Notes: a model not told the origin generated them from the letters alone. Shown: positions 17,456 to 26,506, counted from the stretch's first letter. The stretch: DNA of 37,488 nt from Thermoplasmata archaeon (GCA_041489255.1 JBGPQV010000024.1:1-37488), one strand, 5' to 3'. Translations and numbers: made by a program.

Positions 17456-18229
17456 CTATGCCACCACCCTGGTCCCGATGAACCTCTTCCCCTTGATCGC
17501 GTCGCTGAGACGGCCGGGGACGAGGCCGTTCAGGATCCAGAATTCGTCGCCGGACTCCATGACCTTGAACATCTTCCTCAGCTTCCCCTCGATCCCCCCG
17601 GTGACGTCCTTCCCCGCGCGGACGGACAGGTTCAACCTGCCCATGTCCCCGATCCTGACCTCGCGCAACAGCTCGCGCCTCCCCTTCTTCTTCGGATCGC
17701 TCGTGAAGACGCCGTCCACATCGGTCACGAGGATTGTCTTGCTCGCCGGAAAGTAGCCATGGAGAAGCCCGATCAGGTCGTCGCCCGAGCAGATCCCGAA
17801 CCTCCTCTCCGAGTCGAAGACGACGTCGCCGAACGTCACGGGGGTCATCCTGAGGCCGAGGCACTGGATGAAAGGCCTGGTCTCGATGTCGTGCAGCCTG
17901 CCATCGGCGAACCTCACGACGAGGCTCGGCGGTATCGGCATGGGGTTCAGGCCAGCCCCCAGCAGGGCATCGTCCACCATGAGGTTCAGTCGCCTGACGT
18001 CCCTTTGGACCTCACTCACTCCGCGCAGTTGAGACTCATCGCGGTACCCTTCGTGCAATCTGTATCTCTTGGCGAGGATGTGACCGAACGAGCCTGCGCC
18101 GTGCACGAGGATGATCTGCTCCTTCGTTGCAGACACCTCCCCCGCCAGGCGTTTCAGAACGGATGGGCGGGCGGTCCTCAGTCTCGACTTGTCCGTGATC
18201 ACGCTCCCGCCAAGTTTCACCAGAAGCAT
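17456..18229 (-). CDS. ipk: Isopentenyl phosphate kinase
   Basis: LVKLGGSVITDK, VHGAGSFGH (IPK His), SGDD, DVDGV, DVTGG; clustered with fni and idsA. ATG 18229 lies about 30 nt after TATAAATA (minus strand, 18258-18265). Confidence 0.93.
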   Translation of the reverse strand: MLLVKLGGSVITDKSRLRTARPSVLKRLAGEVSATKEQIILVHGAGSFGHILAKRYRLHEGYRDESQLRGVSEVQRDVRRLNLMVDDALLGAGLNPMPIPPSLVVRFADGRLHDIETRPFIQCLGLRMTPVTFGDVVFDSERRFGICSGDDLIGLLHGYFPASKTILVTDVDGVFTSDPKKKGRRELLREVRIGDMGRLNLSVRAGKDVTGGIEGKLRKMFKVMESGDEFWILNGLVPGRLSDAIKGKRFIGTRVVA

Positions 18230-18318
18230 GCTTCTCGGCGGCAAAGCTGGGGCGCTCTATTTATAGATTCTCGGCAAGCGAGCGGCATCCTCCATGTCAA
18301 GACTCGACCCGAACTTTT

Positions 18319-18560
18319 TCTCAGCCCGAATGGATGGTGTTCCAGCCTGAACGGTGCTCATTCCACGCGGAATGGTGGTCTTCCAGCTGAGAAGGCAGCT
18401 ATTCCAGCCGGAATGGTGTCTGTTCAGCCCGGAATGGCTGTTGTTCTAGGCGGAACGGCGAGTATTCAAGTCGTGATGGGTTTGTTCCACGTGGAAGGTG
18501 GTCGCTCCCTCGTGAACGGTCCCTGTTCCGGCCGGAATGGTGTCCATTCCACGTGGAATC
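18319..18560. repeat. Tandem array of about 12 degenerate palindromic units (TTC-N6-GAA-YGG) with 20-21 bp period
   Basis: 12-bp cores start at 18319, 18340, 18361, 18382, 18402, 18423, 18444, 18465, 18485, 18505, 18526 and 18547, e.g. TTCCACGCGGAA, TTCCAGCCGGAA, TTCCACGTGGAA (twice), TTCCGGCCGGAA. Confidence 0.85.
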
Positions 18561-18718
18561 ATATTCATTCTGAAACGACCCGACAGCGGGACTTGACCGC
18601 CGAAAGGATGGCAATTCCCTCGGAAACGGAACGGCCGGGACCGCGCGGCCAAGCCAAGATACTCATTGCGAGGATTCTTAAGACAGTCCATCTCTTGACT
18701 CATCGTTCGAGTGATTGC

Positions 18719-20164
18719 ATGAAGACTTCGAGCATCCTCGTCTCACTACTGCTCGTCGTGTTGTTCGCGATACCTTCAACGGCGTCAGCGGGTGCCGCGT
18801 CCGCCTCGGCGGTCCAGCCACAAACCCCCGCCCCCAAACCCTCGATCCTCGCAATCGTGCCCACCCCCGTGCCCCCTGGCATGCTCAACGTGCCTGGCCA
18901 GGACATACGCGTGACCTACAGCGACAAAGACCAGAACGAGGTCACTGTGGCAATCAATCCCTTGAACCCCGCCAACATCATCGAGGGCGCGAACGACTAC
19001 AGGGGCTGGGATGGCACTGGCGCGGCTGGTTCGTGGTGCGGCATCTATACTTCATTCGATAGTGGCGGGCACTGGAACATGGGTCTCGTTCCACATTCAG
19101 GGGCCCTCAGCTGGAGCAGCTCGGCGGGGGATCCGAGCGCGGCATTCGACCTCATGGGCAACGCGTACTTCACATGCCTGGGATTCGTCCGCGCGGGTCC
19201 CTTCATCACCAACAACACCATAGCGGTCACGAAGAGCACGGACGGGGGAATGACGTGGCTTCCTCCGGTGAACGTCGTCTCCACCGCCAGCACGCCGCCG
19301 TTTCACGACAAACCTTACATGGCGGTGGACACCTCCATCGGCAGTCCCCACAAGAACAACATCTACGTGAGCTGGACCAACTTCTCCAGCCTCTCCGGCG
19401 GTGCGAGCCCCATCTATTTCTCCAGGAGCGTGAACGGAGGCGCCAGCTTCTCAACGCCGATGAAAATCAGTGGCACGCAGTCGTACTGTCAAGGCTCGCA
19501 GCCCTCCGTCGGGCCTGCTGGCGAAGTCTACGTCTCATTCATCAGCTACTCAGGCTCTCAGAGCAGGCTCTACGTGACCAGGTCCGACGATGGCGGTGTT
19601 ACTTTCAACACGCCCGTCTTTGTGTCCAATGTCGTCGACCCGGGGGATTTGCCGGAATACTACAGGACGCCAACGATCCCGAGCAGCGCCACGGACCACT
19701 CATCGGGCCAGTTCAGCGGCTCGATCTACGTCGTCTGGCAGGATGGGAGAAATGGCCATTCAGACATCTTCGTCTCCTATTCGCGCGACAGGGGAGTGAC
19801 GTGGTCCGCCGCGAAGAAGGTGAACGATGACGCGACTACGAATGCGCAGTTCTTCCCATTCGTCTCGGTCGCCCCGACCGGCCGCGTCGACGTTGTGTTC
19901 TATGACCGGAGGCTGGATCCGAACGATATCCTGCTGGACGTCTACGCCGGCGTTTCGTCTAATGGCGGGGCCACCTTCAAGAATCGCCGCATCACCGATA
20001 GGCCGATTGTCGCAAGGTCGGGCCAGCCCTTCATCGGGGACTACATCGGTGTCGCTTCTCTCGACTGGTCTTTCTATCCGGGGTGGTGTGGTTTCGTCGG
20101 CTCGGACGAGGAGATCTTCACGGAGCAGTCGCCAATCCTCCACATAGTCCTCGTCCCGCGATGA
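18719..20164 (+). CDS. Secreted BNR/Asp-box beta-propeller protein (sialidase-like fold, function unknown)
   Basis: Signal peptide MKTSSILVSLLLVVLFAIPSTASA; QNE..AINP.NP; Asp-boxes SFDSGGHW, STDGGMTW, SVNGGASF, SDDGGVTF, SRDRGVTW, SSNGGATF; C-terminal FIGDY. True start lies inside the 17144..20164 ORF. Confidence 0.88.
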   Translation: MKTSSILVSLLLVVLFAIPSTASAGAASASAVQPQTPAPKPSILAIVPTPVPPGMLNVPGQDIRVTYSDKDQNEVTVAINPLNPANIIEGANDYRGWDGTGAAGSWCGIYTSFDSGGHWNMGLVPHSGALSWSSSAGDPSAAFDLMGNAYFTCLGFVRAGPFITNNTIAVTKSTDGGMTWLPPVNVVSTASTPPFHDKPYMAVDTSIGSPHKNNIYVSWTNFSSLSGGASPIYFSRSVNGGASFSTPMKISGTQSYCQGSQPSVGPAGEVYVSFISYSGSQSRLYVTRSDDGGVTFNTPVFVSNVVDPGDLPEYYRTPTIPSSATDHSSGQFSGSIYVVWQDGRNGHSDIFVSYSRDRGVTWSAAKKVNDDATTNAQFFPFVSVAPTGRVDVVFYDRRLDPNDILLDVYAGVSSNGGATFKNRRITDRPIVARSGQPFIGDYIGVASLDWSFYPGWCGFVGSDEEIFTEQSPILHIVLVPR

Positions 20165-20306
20165 CCTGATTCCATCGCTGAGCCCGCGCAGTCCGTGGCG
20201 GCATGTCCAAGCCCGGATTGAAATGTGGCTGCGAATGCGCAAGGGTTAATAATTAGGCATACCTAACGTTGAGCATCCGCCAACCTAATGAACGGGAGTA
20301 GATAAC

Positions 20307-21428
20307 ATGGAAACAAGACTGAAGTCACCTTTGATAGCGATTCTATTGGTGAGCATGCTTGTGGGAACCGTAGCAGTGGCCGCCGTGCCCGGAGTGCGCG
20401 CCGCCTCCGTGAGCCTCAATTTGTATGGAACCATGATGGGGGGCTGGGGAACGTCGCCGGGTTCCGAGACGATACCCGGACCGCAGATATCCGTGAACAA
20501 GGACGATGTGGTCACTCTGACATTGCACTCGGAGGACGGGATACCCCATAAGTTCCTTCTGGACTACAATGGTAACCTCATCGCCGACGCCGGCGAGCCT
20601 GTTTCGCCAGTATTCACTGGCACGACGACAATCACCTTCACAGCTTCTCTGGCTGGCACATTCAACTACATTTGCACGATACACCCGGGCACAATGCACG
20701 GCACGTGGAAGACAGTGGCGCCTCCACCACCGACGGTCCACGATCTCGCGGTAACTAGTGTCTCCGCATCTCCTCTGACGGTCATCAAGGGAGCAACAGT
20801 CCAGATCACAGTCACAGTAAAGAACCTCGGGACAGTCAGCGAGACCTCCACCGTCCAGGCATTCACGGGAGCGAGCCTTGTGGGCAACCAGAGCGTGAGC
20901 CTCGGAGTCGGTGCGACCGCCAACGCAGTGTTTTCATGGAACACGACGCCCGTGACGCCGGGCACATACCTGACCAGCGGCAAGATCATCCAGGTGACGG
21001 GGGAGAACAACACCGCCAACAACCAGATGAACGACGGGACTGTCACGGTGAACCCGCTTCCGCCCGGAAACCTGAAGGCGGAGCTTGTTGGCCACAGCGC
21101 ATGGCCCGACTTCCACCACCTGGCAATCCATAGCAGGAGTAGCACTCAGACGCTCTATGGCAAGGTCGCGAACGTCGGACCCGGACCTGTCGCCGCCAAG
21201 GTTGTCTTCCAGATATTCGACGCCAACACCGGGATCTTGAAGGCAACTATAGAGTCGAACGTGGCGACCATACCCGTGGGCGGCATCGTGGTCGTTTCAG
21301 GCGCATGGACAGCGGTCGTCGGCTCATACTCCGTCAGGGGGCAGTGTTGGTTCGACACGAACAACGACGGCATATTCGACGGGAGCGACCCGGGCGTGAA
21401 GATTTTCTCGTTCAAGGTAGTCCCGTGA
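20307..21428 (+). CDS. Secreted cupredoxin (type-1 copper) domain protein with CARDB/Ig-like domains
   Basis: Signal peptide; PH..YICTIHPGTM supplies His/Cys/His/Met ligands; PPPP linker; HDLAVTSV..V.VKNLG..NTANN CARDB pattern. Confidence 0.85.
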   Translation: METRLKSPLIAILLVSMLVGTVAVAAVPGVRAASVSLNLYGTMMGGWGTSPGSETIPGPQISVNKDDVVTLTLHSEDGIPHKFLLDYNGNLIADAGEPVSPVFTGTTTITFTASLAGTFNYICTIHPGTMHGTWKTVAPPPPTVHDLAVTSVSASPLTVIKGATVQITVTVKNLGTVSETSTVQAFTGASLVGNQSVSLGVGATANAVFSWNTTPVTPGTYLTSGKIIQVTGENNTANNQMNDGTVTVNPLPPGNLKAELVGHSAWPDFHHLAIHSRSSTQTLYGKVANVGPGPVAAKVVFQIFDANTGILKATIESNVATIPVGGIVVVSGAWTAVVGSYSVRGQCWFDTNNDGIFDGSDPGVKIFSFKVVP

Positions 21429-21543
21429 GCGCGAAGGGGGGCGATGTCCCCTCCCTCCCGAGGGGCTTCTGCTGTTTCGGCGAAATCACTCACCAGACAA
21501 GCCTTAAATAGAACTCGAAGGTTAGGATTCAACTCCGATAGCC

Positions 21544-22077
21544 ATGGTCCGAAAACCCAACTGCATGTATCGTCGAATCATGGGGCAGGCCTACACCCGC
21601 AAGAAGTACATGGGCGGCATCCCCGCCAACAGGATCACCCAGTTTGACATAGGGGACGCGAAGACCAAGTTCCCCGTGGCGGTGCACCTCGTGGCGAACG
21701 AGCCCTGCCAGATAAGGCACATCGCCCTGGAGTCCGCCAGGATAGCGGCCAACAGGTACATCGCCAAGATGGCGGGGACCAACTACCACCTGAAGATGAG
21801 GCTCTACCCGCACAACGTCCTGCGCGAGAACAAGATAGCGGTCGGTGCGGGAGCGGACCGGATATCCCAGGGGATGAGGCGCGCTTTCGGATCCCCCGTC
21901 GGCACGGCGGCGCGAGTGAGGATTGGGATGCGCATAATCACGATATCCACCACCGATGCGAACATACCGCACGCGAAGGAAGCGCTCAGGAAGGGCGGTT
22001 CGAAGCTGCCGACGCCGTGTCACATGGAGATCGAGACGGGCGGCAAGCGCGCCCAGTACCACCCCATGGGGCAGTAG
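21544..22077 (+). CDS. rpl10e: 50S ribosomal protein L10e/uL16
   Basis: RKP..MYR..QAYTR, QIRH.ALESARIAANRY, LRENK..GAGADRIS.GMRRAFG.PVGTAARV, KLP. Confidence 0.97.
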   Translation: MVRKPNCMYRRIMGQAYTRKKYMGGIPANRITQFDIGDAKTKFPVAVHLVANEPCQIRHIALESARIAANRYIAKMAGTNYHLKMRLYPHNVLRENKIAVGAGADRISQGMRRAFGSPVGTAARVRIGMRIITISTTDANIPHAKEALRKGGSKLPTPCHMEIETGGKRAQYHPMGQ

Positions 22078-22126
22078 CCGCGGGGCACAGGCCTGATATA
22101 TCCGCTGTTCTTTTCACTTGACCCCA

Positions 22127-23275
22127 ATGTGGAAGTACGGCAGCTCCAAGCAGAAAGTCCTCCAGGAACTCCGCAAGGCGTGGGAGGAGGACCTCCACTT
22201 CTCTGATCAGAGGATCCTAGGTTCCATGTGCACCGAGCCGCTGCCGCTCGCGGCCGAGGCCCACGCGCAGTTCCTCGAGGTGAACCTCGGCAACCCCGCC
22301 TACTACAAGGGGACATGGCGGCTGGAGAGGGAGGTCATCAAGCAGCTCGGCGAGATGCTGCACAGCAGGGGTGGCGGCGGTTTCACGATCTCAGGCGGGA
22401 CCGAGGGGAACATCACCGCGCTCTGGCTCGCGAGGAACGTGACCAAGAAGAGGAAGGTCGTCTATGGAGAAAATGCCCACTTCTCGGTCCTCAAGGCCGC
22501 AGACCTTCTAGGGCTGAAGCCGGTGCCGGTCGGCCTCGACAAGGAATACCGCATCAGGGTTGACGAGGCCCGGAAGAAGATAGACAGGGACACCGCCGCC
22601 GTCGTGGCGGTGGCGGGGACGACGGAGCTTGGCCAGGTCGACCCGATTGGCGAGCTTGGGGAGATCTGCAAGGACCGCGTGCCCCTCCACGTGGACGCGG
22701 CCTTCGGCGGGTTCGTGCTGCCTTTCCTTGAGGAGATTGGCGTCAACGTCCCTCCTTGGGACTTCAGGGTGTCCGGCGTGAGCTCGATAGTCCTCGACTC
22801 GCACAAGATGGGCATGGCCACCATCCCCGGTTCGGCACTGCTGGTGAGACGGGCCGACCATTTCAACAAGATAGCGGTGGAGTCGCCATATCTCACTAGC
22901 ATTTACCAGACTTCGCTCCTGGGGACCAGGAACAGCGCGGGGGTCGCCGCCACCTACGCCGCGATGCGGCTGACAGGCCGCGAAGGATACATCAAAGTCG
23001 TTAGGCGGTGCGTGAAGGCGACAGAGCTGATAGCGAAGCGAGTCCAGGAAGCGGGCCTGAGAATCGCCGTCAAGCCGCTGATGAACGTGCTTGGCGTCAT
23101 GGTCAAGGATGTCGGCGCCGTGCAGAGGCAGCTCGAGAAGCACGGGTGGAGGACATCCGCCGCCCGCCATCCGAGGTGCCTCAGGATTGTCGTGATGCCG
23201 CACATCTCGCCGAAGGCCGCCGAGGCTTTTTCCGAGGATCTGGTGGAATGCTGCAGGAAACTCGGTGAAATCTGA
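22127..23275 (+). CDS. mfnA: PLP-dependent L-tyrosine/L-aspartate decarboxylase (MfnA/Adc)
   Basis: ILGSMCT.P, NLGNP, SGGTEGN, AHFS, GTTELGQVDPI, HVDAAFGG, DSHK (PLP Lys), LRIVVMPH. Confidence 0.9.
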   Translation: MWKYGSSKQKVLQELRKAWEEDLHFSDQRILGSMCTEPLPLAAEAHAQFLEVNLGNPAYYKGTWRLEREVIKQLGEMLHSRGGGGFTISGGTEGNITALWLARNVTKKRKVVYGENAHFSVLKAADLLGLKPVPVGLDKEYRIRVDEARKKIDRDTAAVVAVAGTTELGQVDPIGELGEICKDRVPLHVDAAFGGFVLPFLEEIGVNVPPWDFRVSGVSSIVLDSHKMGMATIPGSALLVRRADHFNKIAVESPYLTSIYQTSLLGTRNSAGVAATYAAMRLTGREGYIKVVRRCVKATELIAKRVQEAGLRIAVKPLMNVLGVMVKDVGAVQRQLEKHGWRTSAARHPRCLRIVVMPHISPKAAEAFSEDLVECCRKLGEI

Positions 23276-23335
23276 GCTTTTCGGCCGCGCGAAACCGGTC
23301 AAGCTGAAATAGAAGCATGGCGTAGGTTGCACACA

Positions 23336-24319
23336 ATGGAGCGAGAAGACCTGGAGTTCGACAGGTGCGTGGAGGCCATACTGCACAGTGGAGCGAAGAT
23401 TGTGGGCTTGCAGTTCCCCGCCGGCTTAAAGACGAGGGCCGTCGAGATCGCGAGGAAGCTGCAACTGGAGTCGGACGTCCCGGTGATCCTGTCGGCAGAC
23501 CCGTCGTTCGGTGCTTGCGACGTGAAGCAGATGCCCGTCGACCTGATCGTCCACCTCGGGCACGCGCCGATCCCTGACCTGCACTATAAGAACGTGTTCT
23601 TCTACGACAACCCGCTACCGCCGCCGGAGAACCTCGCCTTCCTCGACAATGCCCTGCCCCTACCAGGGATGAACGTCGGACTGCTCACGACCACGCAGTT
23701 CCGCGGCTGGGTGCCGAAGGTCAGGGAATACCTGGAGCAGAAAGGCTACACGGTCTTCGTCGGAAAGACTGGCGGTCGCGTTGCGTACGAGGGACAGCTC
23801 CTCGGCTGCGACTACTCCGTCGCGAGGGTAGTGGAGAAGGACGTCGACTGCTTCCTCTATGTCGGCTCGGGTGATTTCCACCCGCTCGCGGTCGCCCTCA
23901 TGACGCCGAAACCGGTCGTCGTGGCTGACTTCGAGAAGGGAACGGCCAGACGGCTAGACGAGGAAAGAGACCGGACGATAAGGCAGAGGCACGGTGCGAT
24001 AACGATCGCACAGTCCGCCGGCACTTTCGGAATCCTAGTCTCCACGAAGCTGGGACAGCACAGGATGGAGCTGGCTCAATACCTCCTCAGCCTCGCGGAG
24101 AAGCACGACAAGCTCGCGCAGATATTCATCATGGACCTCGTGAGCCAGGACGCCCTCGACGGCTACAAGATCGATGCATGGGTCAACACAGCCTGTCCGA
24201 GGGTCGCGATAGAGGACTACCTGATGTTCAAGAAGCCGATATTGACCCCGCAGGAGTTCGAGATAGTCCTGGGCGAGAGGCAGTGGAAAGACTACGAGAT
24301 GGACGAGATCAAGTCCTGA
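23336..24319 (+). CDS. dph2: Diphthamide biosynthesis protein Dph2
   Basis: LQFPAGLK, GACD, GQLLGC, GDFH, STKLGQ, TACPR (three Fe-S cysteines). Confidence 0.95.
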   Translation: MEREDLEFDRCVEAILHSGAKIVGLQFPAGLKTRAVEIARKLQLESDVPVILSADPSFGACDVKQMPVDLIVHLGHAPIPDLHYKNVFFYDNPLPPPENLAFLDNALPLPGMNVGLLTTTQFRGWVPKVREYLEQKGYTVFVGKTGGRVAYEGQLLGCDYSVARVVEKDVDCFLYVGSGDFHPLAVALMTPKPVVVADFEKGTARRLDEERDRTIRQRHGAITIAQSAGTFGILVSTKLGQHRMELAQYLLSLAEKHDKLAQIFIMDLVSQDALDGYKIDAWVNTACPRVAIEDYLMFKKPILTPQEFEIVLGERQWKDYEMDEIKS

Positions 24320-24389
24320 CGCCCCCGACTGGTCTCGAATTGTAGCTTCGTAAGATTCAATAGGTTCCAGACTTCTCATTCTACCGCAA

Positions 24390-25088
24390 ATGGCGACGAA
24401 GAAGTGCCCGGTCTGCGGCGTTCCCGTGAAGCTGGAGAACCTCGAGGGGCACGTGAAGAGGCAGCACCCCCGCAAGAATATCGACCTCAAATCTGTCCTG
24501 ACAAAGGAGGAGACGACTCAGGCGAAGGCTGCCAAGGCATCGAGCAAACCGAAATTCGAGATGAAACGTGCCTGGCCGCTTGCGGTCCTTGCGATCATAA
24601 TCGTCGTTGTCCTCTTCATCGCCCTTCAAAAGCCAACCGCCAACGCCACCGGGATTGGCGTGGGCCAGACGGCGCCAGAAATCACTTTGACAACCTCCGA
24701 TGGCAACCCAATCAAGCTGTCCGACCTGAGGGGCAAGCCGACACTACTCGAGTTCATGGATGTCGATTGCGGCCACTGCGATGCCGAGGGGTACGTCCTC
24801 GCGCAAGTTTACAACGACAGGGTTTCCGTGGCTAACTTCTTCACTGTCGATGCCAACTCCTATCTTGATGCCGACACTAATGCAAGGATTGAATTGTTCA
24901 AGCAAGCTCACAATACATACTGGCCATATGCCCTCGATACCGACGGAAGCGTCTCCAAGCAATACGGCTTGGCAGGGACGCCGAGAACATACATCCTCGA
25001 CAAGGTAGGTGTAGTCAGGAATGTCTTCGAGGGCCAAGTGTCGGGCGGCAAGGCCACCTACGAAGCCGCCATCGATGCGCTGGTGTGA
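24390..25088 (+). CDS. Membrane-anchored TlpA/redoxin-like thioredoxin with N-terminal C2H2 zinc finger
   Basis: CPVC-x11-HVKRQH; TM AWPLAVLAIIIVVVLFIAL; VGQTAPEITL..LSDLRGKP..EFMDVDCGHC; GTPRTYILDK.G. Confidence 0.85.
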   Translation: MATKKCPVCGVPVKLENLEGHVKRQHPRKNIDLKSVLTKEETTQAKAAKASSKPKFEMKRAWPLAVLAIIIVVVLFIALQKPTANATGIGVGQTAPEITLTTSDGNPIKLSDLRGKPTLLEFMDVDCGHCDAEGYVLAQVYNDRVSVANFFTVDANSYLDADTNARIELFKQAHNTYWPYALDTDGSVSKQYGLAGTPRTYILDKVGVVRNVFEGQVSGGKATYEAAIDALV

Positions 25089-25152
25089 GCGCTCACGTTC
25101 GGTTAGCCTCGTCAAAGTAAAGACTTATCAGGAAGCCTCCCGTTCAAGCATC

Positions 25153-25839
25153 ATGGCCGGAAAGGCGGTGGTTCTTCTCTCCGGAGGATTGGACTCTGCA
25201 GTCGCGGCTGCAATCGCATTACACGAAGGTTTTCATGTCCATGCGCTCACTGTCGACTACGGACAGAGACACCTCCGGGAACTGGATGCAGCGAAAGGGG
25301 TTGCCACAGCTTTAGGCGTCAAGGTGCATAGAATCCTCCGAGTCGACTTGGCGGGATTCGGCGGCTCGGCGCTGACGGACAAGAGCATCAACGTCCCCGA
25401 GGGGTGTCCAAGCGAAGCCATCGGAACGGACATCCCCGCCACCTACGTTCCGGCGAGGAACACCGTCCTCCTCGGCCTTGGTCTGTCGTGGGCCGAGGCC
25501 CTCGGCGCGGACGCAGTCTTCATTGGCGCTCATTCCGTCGACTATTCGGGCTATCCGGACTGCAGACCTGAGTTCCTTGACGCGTTCAGGAGAGTGTCGG
25601 CCCTCGGAACGAAGCGTGGCGTGGAGGGCAAGCCTGTCAGCATCGAGGCGCCTCTGATCCGCATGGGCAAGCGGGAAATAATCGAGCGCGGGAAGGAACT
25701 CAAAGTCCCGTTCGAACTCACATGGTCCTGCTACCTCGGCGGGAAGAAGGCCTGCGGTAAATGCGACTCCTGCACGATCAGGCTCAAAGCCTTTGCCGAG
25801 GCGGGAATGGAGGACCCGATCGAGTATGAGCGAGAATAA
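25153..25839 (+). CDS. queC: 7-cyano-7-deazaguanine synthase
   Basis: SGGLDS, DYGQRH, TYVPARN, YSGYPDCRPEF, TWSCY..CGKCDSC. Confidence 0.97.
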   Translation: MAGKAVVLLSGGLDSAVAAAIALHEGFHVHALTVDYGQRHLRELDAAKGVATALGVKVHRILRVDLAGFGGSALTDKSINVPEGCPSEAIGTDIPATYVPARNTVLLGLGLSWAEALGADAVFIGAHSVDYSGYPDCRPEFLDAFRRVSALGTKRGVEGKPVSIEAPLIRMGKREIIERGKELKVPFELTWSCYLGGKKACGKCDSCTIRLKAFAEAGMEDPIEYERE

Positions 25840-26506
25840 ACCGTTGATGCCCAAGTTGCCCAGTGACCCGAACAAGATGCTCATCTGCGAGATCTACCAG
25901 TCCATACAGGGAGAGGGGCCGCAGATGGGTCTGCCCTCCGCGTTCGTGAGGGTGACCGGGTGCCCCCTGAGGTGCAAGTGGTGCGACGAGAAGAGGGCGC
26001 TCTACGACGGCACGGTGATGACGATAGACGATATCGTGGAGAAGGTCGCTTCCTTTCCTCCCAGGAACGTCTGCCTGACCGGCGGGGAACCGCTCGCGCA
26101 CAAGCAGGCGGGGACCCTGATGGAGAGACTCGCCATGGCGGGCTACAACGTGCTCCTCGAGACGAACGGCGCGATGCCGCTGGACGGCGTCCCCCGCCTT
26201 CCCGGGATCGAGATAAGCATGGACATCAAGTGCCCCTCATCGGGGACGGAAAAGCGCATGAGGTTCGAGAACCTGAAACAGCTGAGGAAGGAGGACCAGG
26301 TCAAGTTCGTTGTCGCTGACCGCCGCGACTACATCTACGCCAAGGAAATCATGGGCAAGTACGAGATACCGTGCGCGGTAGTCCTCCAGCCCGAGGGCGG
26401 CAGGAACATGTTGCCCTTGGTCTCGTGGGTCATCGAGGACGGTCTGGACGTCCGAGTCCTGCCCCAGCTCCACAAGATCATCTGGGGAGATAAGAAGGGC
26501 GTCTAG
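25826..26506 (+). CDS. queE: 7-carboxy-7-deazaguanine synthase (radical SAM)
   Basis: EIYQSIQGEG, GCPLRCKWCD, LTGGEPL, ETNG, DIKCPSSG, PQLHK; overlaps the end of queC. Confidence 0.93.
   Translation: MSENKPLMPKLPSDPNKMLICEIYQSIQGEGPQMGLPSAFVRVTGCPLRCKWCDEKRALYDGTVMTIDDIVEKVASFPPRNVCLTGGEPLAHKQAGTLMERLAMAGYNVLLETNGAMPLDGVPRLPGIEISMDIKCPSSGTEKRMRFENLKQLRKEDQVKFVVADRRDYIYAKEIMGKYEIPCAVVLQPEGGRNMLPLVSWVIEDGLDVRVLPQLHKIIWGDKKGV

Noticed and set aside
18319-18560. CRISPR or TIGR-type guide array
   Set aside because: The period is only 20-21 bp, the repeats are degenerate, there are no spacer-length unique segments or box C/D pattern, and no cas or Nop-domain gene lies nearby.
17144-18718. N-terminal half of the 1006-aa ORF 17144..20164
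   Set aside because: It is antisense to fni and ipk and crosses the repeat array in shifting phase; a clear signal peptide starts at ATG 18719.
18719-20164. Assignment as a true sialidase
   Set aside because: Asp-boxes show only the fold; the RIP/FRIP motif and Arg triad could not be identified.
21433-21480. Hairpin terminator after the cupredoxin gene (CCCCTC-N6-GAGGGG)
   Set aside because: Short stem without a convincing T-tract; not distinguishable from chance in GC-rich DNA.
22127-23275. mfnA as evidence of methanogenesis
   Set aside because: The same family acts as aspartate decarboxylase for CoA synthesis in non-methanogenic archaea, and no methanogenesis genes are present here.
25153-26506. 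queC/queE as a DNA 7-deazaguanine modification (dpd) defence island
   Set aside because: No dpdA or other dpd genes are present; the housekeeping context fits preQ0 supply for archaeosine.
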